Assembly: GCF_000009705.1 (NCBI RefSeq)
Contig: NC_003272.1
Coordinates: 270,001-302,000 of the forward strand
Reading direction: 5' to 3'
Source: Nostoc sp. PCC 7120 = FACHB-418
GTDB lineage: Bacteria > Cyanobacteriota > Cyanobacteriia > Cyanobacteriales > Nostocaceae
Length of the DNA: 32,000 bases
The notes beneath the pieces are model-generated. The model was given only the letters and a program-made list of their open reading frames with translations. It searched no databases and was not told where the DNA came from. A program made the translations under genes and the position numbers. Below are positions 24,856-32,000 of the stretch, one piece after another. Position 1 is the stretch's first letter, and the number at the start of each line of letters is the position of its first letter.

Positions 24856-24877
24856 TTATCAAAAGATTATCAAAAGA
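24856..24877. promoter_or_regulatory. Perfect 11-bp tandem direct repeat TTATCAAAAGA x2 upstream of the 826-aa gene
   Basis: The two copies are identical and head to tail (24856-24866 and 24867-24877), 110-130 nt upstream of the ATG at 24747. The 11-bp period equals one helical turn. Confidence 0.3.
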
Positions 24878-24990
24878 TTAAATTACACCCAAAGCATTAT
24901 AGAGACATCAAAAAATATGCCAATGAGTATTACAAAATATCTTACTTTTTAGATAACTTAGCGTTCCTCTGCGTAAAAAAAACAACTTTA

Positions 24991-25021
24991 TATGAAAAGC
25001 GAGGGGATTATATTCCCTCGC
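24991..25021 (-). terminator. Rho-independent terminator of the 1027-aa gene
   Basis: The stem is GCGAGGG (24999-25005) / CCCTCGC (25015-25021) with a 9-nt loop, starting 37 nt after the stop codon. On the transcribed (minus) strand it is followed by UUUUCAUA and a further U8 run. Confidence 0.6.
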
Positions 25022-25057
25022 AAATTCACTAAGACTCAATCTTTTATGGAACCATCA

Positions 25058-28000
25058 CTAACCCACCACACTGACAGCAAACACAAAGTCAGTCACAGTC
25101 AGACTAGTTGAAGTAATTCCTTGTAATATCACTAAATCAGTCGCGCCTAGCTTCACCAAAGTATCAGCGCCTTGCTGTACCAGACTTAAAGCACTAAATT
25201 GTGTCACACCAACTCCACCCAGTCCAATTTTGTCAACACCGACAGCGAAGTCCGTCACAGTATTCTTACTAGTTGGTAAACTACCATTAGCAATCCAGAA
25301 CTGGTCAGCACCAGCGCCACCAGTGAGGCGGTTACTACCAGCTTGACCCGCAAATAGCACATCATCACCATCACCACCAAACAAAGAGTCATTCACACTG
25401 GAGAATAATTTGTCATCTCCTGAACCACCGTTGAGACGGTTATAACTACCGTTACTTGTGAGGGTGTCGTTACCAGAACCACCAAAGGCGAATTGACGAG
25501 AACCTTCAATGACTTGCAGAGTATCATTACCTGCTGCGCCAAAAAGGTTATTACTTCCACCTGCTTCAATCACGGTGATTTCGTCGTCACCATGACCACC
25601 ATTAGCTGTAGTATTGCTGGCGGGACTATCCACACCAATGAAGACTTGATCGTTACCATTGCCAGTAGAGACGGAAGCATTACTGCCTACAAATACCGTA
25701 TCATCACCGTTGCCCGTGGAAATGGTGTTATTCCCAGGAGAATCTACCGTATCTGCACCATCACCTGTGAATAATATTTGACCGGGTTCCGCCGTAATCT
25801 CATCACTACTAGGAGAGCCAAATTTAATTTCTGTAGCTTGTGGCTGTCCTACACCAGGTGCAAGATTTAGAGGTTGCTCTAACCTCAATAAGATAATTTC
25901 GTTATTATCTATAGCTGGAGGACGACCAACGGAAAATGGATAGTTGTTGTCATTAGCGACCAAAATAGTGTTTGAATCAACAACTACAACAGATTCAATT
26001 GTGACAAAGGGGAAGTCGAAGGTTGTCTTACCGTCCCTATTCAGGTCGTTGGGATCTTGGATATTTAATAAATCGGCAATTTCTTGTTTAGCTACAAAGC
26101 CATTAGCGTCTGTTTGAGACAGGTTTATTTTGTAAATCTTCTTGAATCTAGCTGAAGCGCCTTGACCTCCATCTCGTTCAATGACTAAATACTCGTTATC
26201 ATTAATGACAGTGATTTCACCGATCGCGTGAGCAGGATTTTCCAGCCTGTAATAGCGTAAATTATTAGTGTAGCTACGGGTTGCTAGGTCAAATTCATTC
26301 AGCCGTAATGCACCTACAGGATCACCTTGGACTGTTCCTTCCAGAAGCATATAGAGCTTGGTCTTGCTGGCGTTAATTGCACCACCTTCAAAACCTCTAG
26401 AACCACCCAAATTTGCGAAAGCATCTCCTGAAAGCACATCAGGGTTTTGGGGAGAACGGACTATGTTGTTTCCAGGGAGGCTCAATCGGTCGCGGACTCT
26501 ATCTGCTGTAATGGGAAAGTCGGTAAATAAAGCATCTACGCCTAATTGAAATAACTGCTGATACTCTAGTTCTGGATTTCCTTGATAATTCGCTGCTAGG
26601 TAACGTTCTTCATCACGGAAGGTGTATGGGTGAACCTGTAAACCAACATTGTGAGCATCTTGAACTAAGGTAGTTGGCGGTAACAGCGTCTTATCGGCAT
26701 CATTGACCGCACCGTCTCCATTGACATCATCTGCTTGTCCATCATTATTAGCATCAGTACCTCTGACACTAACAATCATCCGCTTCCAGGGGCCGATACC
26801 ATCAGCATATTCAGCAATCTCCGCCAAGCCTGCTGGAGTGCGTAAATCGCCGTAGGTGCGAGTGTCACCACTAACGATAAAGTCATAGGGTCTGGTTTCT
26901 ATGAGCCTACCGTTAATATCAACGTCAATGGCATCAAACAGTTGCACAAGGGGAATATCGACCCCAGCATTAGGCATGATCGTATCATGCAGTTCTTTGA
27001 GATTGCCAACTTCAAAGGACTGGATGAAAATCCGGCTAGGATCAGTAAAGTTATTAGCCTTGAGGGTATCGATGAGAATCTGACTGATATTGCGGTTAAT
27101 CTTCTCTGTTGTCCCTACATAGGTGGCTTCTTGAGCAAAATAAGTAGGATGCTTTGTTTCTGGATAAATACCAATCTTTTTCCCAGTTTCGGCTTCTACC
27201 TGTTTCACCAGGTCAATGATTTCTGCCAGGGTAGGAATGGTAAATTGACCGTTGAATGATTGGTCACGGAAAGGTAGACGCTCTATGGCTCGTAATTCCT
27301 TGATTTCCGCTAAAGTAAAATCTTCAGCAAACCAACCAGTAATTTCAGTTCCATCTAAATTTACCGTTTTTAGGCGATCGCTAAACTTGGCAATTTGGTA
27401 AACGTTCGTGGTTGTATTGCTGAAATTAACACTACCATCAGCGTTCAACACCGCTAAAGCAGGTTCATGGCGAGCAATTAACACACCATCTTTTGTCACA
27501 GCCAAGTCTGGTTCGATAAAGTCTGCACCTTGTTCAATAGCCAGTTTGTAGGACTCTAGGGTATGTTCTGGACGAAAGCCGCTTGCACCCCGGTGTCCGA
27601 TAACTTCGGGTGCTGTACCATCTAAAGTCTTGAAGCGGTCTGGTGTGGCGATGGGTGCATCTAACAATTTACCCGTAGCATCAAAATGTAGTAAGTAAGG
27701 GCCAAATTCGTCACCTACCCAGATAGAACCATCTTTATCAATGACAAAAGACTCAATGTCTAAATCTGCACCTGTTAGTAATCTGTCAGCACTAGCCTCA
27801 TTCACTATCTGGAAAGGAATTTTGTTATTGGGGTCAGATAGTTGGATGTAGTCTAAAATCTTAACGCTGCCATCACCATTCTCTACGCCTCGAAAATTCG
27901 GGTCTAAACGATAGATACGTAGTAGGTAGTCAGCACTATTATCTTTACTGCCGTAGCCATTATCGGACAAGAAGTAAAATGAGCCACTATTGGCGAATTG

Positions 28001-28141
28001 TACTGCACTAAAGCCCTGCACTGGCTGTCCAGGGAAAGGGCCTGTCCTACCATTTCCGGAAATACCATTACCAGAAGCTGGCCCATCAGCATAGGTATCA
28101 GCCGCGAGAGAAGCGAAGCCCACTAACTGAACATTTACCAC
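25058..28141 (-). CDS. Phytase-like (esterase-like) beta-propeller protein with an inserted glycerophosphodiester phosphodiesterase (GDPD) domain and C-terminal RTX repeats
   Basis: 1027 aa. The start is GTG with GAGGA 9 nt upstream. The GDPD signature is [47 protein letters not shown]. Phytase-like halves occupy aa ~8-170 and ~575-750. RTX repeats cover aa ~790-950 ([27 protein letters not shown]), followed by a T1SS-type tail. Confidence 0.85.
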   Translation of the reverse strand: MVNVQLVGFASLAADTYADGPASGNGISGNGRTGPFPGQPVQGFSAVQFANSGSFYFLSDNGYGSKDNSADYLLRIYRLDPNFRGVENGDGSVKILDYIQLSDPNNKIPFQIVNEASADRLLTGADLDIESFVIDKDGSIWVGDEFGPYLLHFDATGKLLDAPIATPDRFKTLDGTAPEVIGHRGASGFRPEHTLESYKLAIEQGADFIEPDLAVTKDGVLIARHEPALAVLNADGSVNFSNTTTNVYQIAKFSDRLKTVNLDGTEITGWFAEDFTLAEIKELRAIERLPFRDQSFNGQFTIPTLAEIIDLVKQVEAETGKKIGIYPETKHPTYFAQEATYVGTTEKINRNISQILIDTLKANNFTDPSRIFIQSFEVGNLKELHDTIMPNAGVDIPLVQLFDAIDVDINGRLIETRPYDFIVSGDTRTYGDLRTPAGLAEIAEYADGIGPWKRMIVSVRGTDANNDGQADDVNGDGAVNDADKTLLPPTTLVQDAHNVGLQVHPYTFRDEERYLAANYQGNPELEYQQLFQLGVDALFTDFPITADRVRDRLSLPGNNIVRSPQNPDVLSGDAFANLGGSRGFEGGAINASKTKLYMLLEGTVQGDPVGALRLNEFDLATRSYTNNLRYYRLENPAHAIGEITVINDNEYLVIERDGGQGASARFKKIYKINLSQTDANGFVAKQEIADLLNIQDPNDLNRDGKTTFDFPFVTIESVVVVDSNTILVANDNNYPFSVGRPPAIDNNEIILLRLEQPLNLAPGVGQPQATEIKFGSPSSDEITAEPGQILFTGDGADTVDSPGNNTISTGNGDDTVFVGSNASVSTGNGNDQVFIGVDSPASNTTANGGHGDDEITVIEAGGSNNLFGAAGNDTLQVIEGSRQFAFGGSGNDTLTSNGSYNRLNGGSGDDKLFSSVNDSLFGGDGDDVLFAGQAGSNRLTGGAGADQFWIANGSLPTSKNTVTDFAVGVDKIGLGGVGVTQFSALSLVQQGADTLVKLGATDLVILQGITSTSLTVTDFVFAVSVVG

Positions 28142-28526
28142 AATCTTTAATCCTCAAATTTTTAGGTACACATCATGAATGGTGCAAGAGACGCTGGGGG
28201 TGGGGAACTCTGCACTCATCACAATCAGAGAACTTGACTATTCAAGGAATTATGGGAATTTGAAGATTAAGAAAAAAATAAGTTCACAAGAACTAATGGT
28301 TAAAATACTGTTTTTCCAAAAAAGTTAATTATTTTACCTTCTCCTATTATTCTCTTAATCTGACTTCAGTAAAGTTCCAGTGCCTATTTACACGGACAAA
28401 ATTACTAAAAATTAATTTTTCGTAGCCCAAGAAAATATCACAAGCTAGCCAGCCCTATTCAAGCGTAGGGCGCTACTTTGGGTTGGTTTTGCAGATTTTT
28501 ACCATCTTACTTACCTATTAATAATT

Positions 28527-31500
28527 ATGACAGCCACAACATTGAAGCCTGGAGATATTGCGATCGCTGGTTATAACACCACTAATCCTGATAGCATCCG
28601 TTTAGTGGTACTTGTGGACATTGGTGCTGGTACAACCTTCAACATTACAGATAACGGTTGGCAATCTAGTGGTAGCTTCCGCACGGGAGAAGGAATTCTC
28701 ACTTATACCGCGCCTCAAAATATCTCTGCGGGTACAGTTATCACTTGGACAAATGGCAGTAGTAGTAATTCACCAGGGTTTAACTCCAATAACCCTAGTA
28801 ATTTTGCTCTCAATGCTAGTGGTGACTCGCTGATTATCTATACAGGAACATTAGCCAGTCCAACTTTAATTTATGCGCTAAGTTCTGGTAACTGGACTAA
28901 TGCAACTAGCGCGTCCACATCTGCTGAACCAAGTGGGGCAAACGGTGGCACATTGGAAACTGGCAAGACAACAGTCGCCATCACGACCAATGGTACAAAT
29001 GGCTACTATAGCGGTGCTACTGCGGGAACTCAGGTAGAACTACTAGCGGCTATCTCCAACCCAGCAAATTGGACAGCTAGTTCCACTATCACCGACATTG
29101 CTAATTGGCCATCATCATTCACACTTTCTCAGCCTTTACCCAACATCCAAATCACCGAATATATGTACCAAGGTACTAACGGTGAATTCATGGAGTTTAC
29201 CAACCTTGGCACTACGGCAGTAGACTTTACTGGCTGGAGTTACGATGATAGCGGTCGCACAGCTGGTACTGTTAGTTTGAGTGCTTTTGGAATTGTGCAG
29301 CCTGGAGAATCAGTCATCCTCACAGAAGCGACTGAAGCAGACTTCCGCGCAGCCTGGGGATTGTCTGCTAATGTCAAGGTCATTGGCGGATTGACAAGAA
29401 ATCTGGGGCGGAGTGACGAAATTAACCTGTACGATAACAATAACAATGGTCAACTCATAGACCGCCTCACCTATGGAGATGAAACCTTTCCGGGGACGAT
29501 TCGCACCCAGACTAGAAGTGGTTGGACTGAGCCAGGGAATTTAGGTGCTGTTACTATTAATACTGATTGGCAGCTTTCCACTGTCGATGATGCTCAGAAT
29601 TCTCGCACCTCTACAGGTGGTGATATTGGCAACCCAGGCTTTTATAACATTAACAACACACCCCTACCAGGTATAACCATTACTCAATCTGGTACTAGTA
29701 CAGATGTAACTGAAGGTGGTGTGACAGATAGTTACACCATAGTTCTGAAAACTCAGCCTACAGCAGATGTCACAATTAACATCACTGTTGATAATCAGGT
29801 GACAACCAGTTCACCCACATTAATTTTCACTCCCCAAAACTGGAATATAGCCCAAACTGTAACGGTGACTGCTGTCAATGATGATGTAATTGAGGGTACA
29901 CACACCAGTACGATCGCCCACAATGTTAGTAGTAGCGATACCAATTACAACGGGATTGCGATCGCTAACATCAATATAAATATTACCGACAACGACGCAC
30001 CACCCAACACCAATGTCAATGTCCAAATCACCGAGTATATGTACACTGGTGCTAATGGCGAATTTGTAGAGTTTACCAACCTTGGTACTACCCCAGTAGA
30101 CTTTACTGGCTGGAGTTTTGATGACAATACTCGCATTGCTGGTTCCTTCAATCTCAGTGCATTTGGTATCGTCCAGCCTGGGGAGTCGGTAATTTTAACG
30201 GAAACTGCGGCGGAGACATTCCGTACTGCGTGGAACCTACCCACCTCGGTAAAAATTATCGGTAACTCTAACCAAGGTTTGGGACGCGCTGATGAAATTA
30301 ACCTGTATGACAGCACCGGCCAGCTAATAGACCGCCTCGCCTACAACGATGAAGTATTCACCGGGACTATTCGCACCCAAAACGCTAGTGGTTGGACGAC
30401 AGCAGCGAATCTTGATGCTTTCGAGATTACTACCAACTGGCAGCTTTCTGCCATCAATGATGGTCAGAATTCCCGCTTGTCTACAGGTAATGATGTGGGT
30501 AACCCAGGGACTTACATTCCTAACCCCGTATCCACTGTGGGCGCGCCGAAAATTACAGTTAATCCCAGTACAACGGACTTCCTGGATGGGCAAAACCTAC
30601 CTGTTCCCTTACCCCAAATTGGTGCTGGTGCTATTAGTGGTGTCATTAATGATCCTACCGACCCAGCAAGGACATTGGGTATTAACTTCACCTTGAGTGA
30701 TACTGACACCCCAGTTGAAAACCTGACAATCACAGTCACCAGCAGCAATCAGGCGGTTGTCCCTGATGCCAACCTGACCTTAACTGGTACTGGTGCAGAA
30801 CGTAATCTAAAAATTAATCCTGCTGGTGTTGGTTTAGCAAATATTACTCTTACCGTGAGTGACGGTACACTCAGCAGTTCCTACATCATTAACTACGCCG
30901 CCTCAGCCGGATCCGTTAGTCCCGATACCCGTTTCCTGACAGGGACAAGTGACGCTTCTAGTGCGATCGCTATTGATGCTAATTATATGTTCGTTGCCGA
31001 CGACGAAGACCAAACAATTCGGCTGTACGATCGCCGTAATTCTGGTTTACCACTAGCCAGCTTTGACTTTACCTCATTACTGGGCTTATCCGGTTCCAGT
31101 GAAGTAGATATCGAAGCCTCTACCCGCATTGGTAACACAATTTACTGGTCAGGTTCCCACAGCAACAACAGTAATGGTAACGATTCACCCAACCGGGAAC
31201 GGATTTTTGCCACCCAGATTTCTGGTACAGGGGCAAGTGCTACCCTGACATTCCAAGGTTACTATCAATTCCTCGAAGATGATTTAATTGCTTGGGATAA
31301 TAACAACGGTCACGGTTTGGGTGCTGGCTTTTTAGGGCTGGCTGAGAGTGCTGCAAATGGTGTATCGCCTGAAATTCGCAACGGTTTCAACATTGAAGGC
31401 TTGACAGTTGCACCCGATGGCAATACTGCTTATGTTTCCTTTCGTGCGCCCAATCAACCAACAAGCGATCGCACTAATGCCCTAATTATTCCTGTCACTA

Positions 31501-32000
31501 ATTTTACCAATATCCTGAATACCACAGGCGGCACATCTGGTGCTGCTAGCTTTGGTGCGCCCATCTTCTTAGACTTAGGTGGTCGTGGTGTCCGCAGTAT
31601 TGAGCGTAACTCTAGTAATCAATACTTAATTATTGCTGGCCCCCCTGGTGGTTCTACAGGAATAGCCCCCAATGATTTCCGTCTCTACACTTGGACTGGT
31701 AATGCTACTGATGCGCCTGTATTACGTATTTCTGATTTAACAGCATTGAATACTAACGGCAGTTTTGAATCCATTGTGGAAGTGCCAGATTCCCTCACCA
31801 ACAATACCCAGATTCAATTGCTGGTAGATAACGGTGATACCGTTTGGTACAACAACGGCACAATTTCCAAAGACTTAGCTCAAGATAACTTGCAAAAATT
31901 CCGTAGTGAAGTCATAACCCTTGGTTCTCCAATCCTCACTCTACCAGCCGGGGCAATTTCCCTCAATACTCCCTACTCTCAAGAGTTTAATAGTCTGATT
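28527..32000 (+). CDS. Giant modular exoprotein with two lamin-tail domains (ExeM/NucH-like architecture); 3' end runs off the window
   Basis: It is absent from the track because it is open at 32000; I translated 1158 codons by hand from ATG 28527 without meeting a stop. Two LTD modules are present (ITEYMY.G.NGEF.EFTNLG...VDFTGWS.DD...GESVILTE). An Ig-like module is shared with the 826-aa protein. A propeller-like region follows (FVADDEDQTIRLYDR..., NIEGLTVAPDGNTAYVSFRAP). Confidence 0.85.
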   Translation, partial: MTATTLKPGDIAIAGYNTTNPDSIRLVVLVDIGAGTTFNITDNGWQSSGSFRTGEGILTYTAPQNISAGTVITWTNGSSSNSPGFNSNNPSNFALNASGDSLIIYTGTLASPTLIYALSSGNWTNATSASTSAEPSGANGGTLETGKTTVAITTNGTNGYYSGATAGTQVELLAAISNPANWTASSTITDIANWPSSFTLSQPLPNIQITEYMYQGTNGEFMEFTNLGTTAVDFTGWSYDDSGRTAGTVSLSAFGIVQPGESVILTEATEADFRAAWGLSANVKVIGGLTRNLGRSDEINLYDNNNNGQLIDRLTYGDETFPGTIRTQTRSGWTEPGNLGAVTINTDWQLSTVDDAQNSRTSTGGDIGNPGFYNINNTPLPGITITQSGTSTDVTEGGVTDSYTIVLKTQPTADVTINITVDNQVTTSSPTLIFTPQNWNIAQTVTVTAVNDDVIEGTHTSTIAHNVSSSDTNYNGIAIANININITDNDAPPNTNVNVQITEYMYTGANGEFVEFTNLGTTPVDFTGWSFDDNTRIAGSFNLSAFGIVQPGESVILTETAAETFRTAWNLPTSVKIIGNSNQGLGRADEINLYDSTGQLIDRLAYNDEVFTGTIRTQNASGWTTAANLDAFEITTNWQLSAINDGQNSRLSTGNDVGNPGTYIPNPVSTVGAPKITVNPSTTDFLDGQNLPVPLPQIGAGAISGVINDPTDPARTLGINFTLSDTDTPVENLTITVTSSNQAVVPDANLTLTGTGAERNLKINPAGVGLANITLTVSDGTLSSSYIINYAASAGSVSPDTRFLTGTSDASSAIAIDANYMFVADDEDQTIRLYDRRNSGLPLASFDFTSLLGLSGSSEVDIEASTRIGNTIYWSGSHSNNSNGNDSPNRERIFATQISGTGASATLTFQGYYQFLEDDLIAWDNNNGHGLGAGFLGLAESAANGVSPEIRNGFNIEGLTVAPDGNTAYVSFRAPNQPTSDRTNALIIPVTNFTNILNTTGGTSGAASFGAPIFLDLGGRGVRSIERNSSNQYLIIAGPPGGSTGIAPNDFRLYTWTGNATDAPVLRISDLTALNTNGSFESIVEVPDSLTNNTQIQLLVDNGDTVWYNNGTISKDLAQDNLQKFRSEVITLGSPILTLPAGAISLNTPYSQEFNSLI

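Noticed and set aside
28612-30748. Several 68-123-aa ORFs on both strands (28612..28833, 29240..29446, 29820..30026, 29945..30316, 30324..30593, 30349..30696, 30512..30748).
   Set aside because: All lie inside the uninterrupted 1158-codon LTD-protein frame that starts at 28527. That long frame was missing from the track only because it is open at the window end.
1-32000. Searched by eye for tRNA/rRNA/tmRNA/RNase P signatures (e.g. GGTTCGAATCC T-arms) and for transposase, integrase or cas genes.
   Set aside because: None were found. The accessory-looking regions are therefore not supported by mobile-element hallmarks.

Overview
This 32-kb window looks like a chromosomal segment of a heterocyst-forming (Nostocales) cyanobacterium of the Anabaena/Nostoc PCC 7120 or A. 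variabilis type. Three things support that: more than 20 copies (by eye) of the HIP1 octamer GCGATCGC, CCCCAGT/CCCCAAT-type STRR heptamer arrays in many intergenic gaps, and a plastocyanin whose mature sequence matches what I remember for Anabaena variabilis PetE. Positions 1-22000 are mostly housekeeping genes. In order: a metallophosphoesterase (partial), a CPA1 cation/proton antiporter, a divergent stand-alone PetB-like cytochrome b, an alpha/beta hydrolase and a TonB-like proline-rich protein. Next comes a co-directional block of three lumenal electron carriers (c6-like cytochrome, petE, psbV), then an orphan sugar ABC permease and an internally deleted threonine-dehydratase-family gene. 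These are followed by an AAA+ ATPase with an unassignable N-domain sitting beside a 0.9-kb ORF-poor AT-rich spacer, an orphan CheY-like receiver, an SNase lipoprotein and pepP. The rest of this part holds a 7-bladed FG-GAP protein, a trpG/pabA-like gene coupled to a Tat-signal MBL-fold gene, dgkA, ybeY, a small unlisted membrane ORF, and prfB with its classic +1 frameshift site. Positions 22267-32000 are an accessory-looking island of three giant modular Ca-binding exoproteins with no Sec signal peptides. They are RTX+Calx-beta+DUF4114; a phytase-like propeller split by a GDPD domain plus RTX; and a lamin-tail-domain protein that runs off the window. I read this island as a probable extracellular phosphoester/nucleic-acid scavenging or surface module. 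I found no rRNA, tRNA, CRISPR array, transposase or integrase. The most open questions are the AAA+ gene with its spacer, the PetB-like paralogue, and the exoprotein island. All functional calls come from by-eye motif recognition only; no searches were run.
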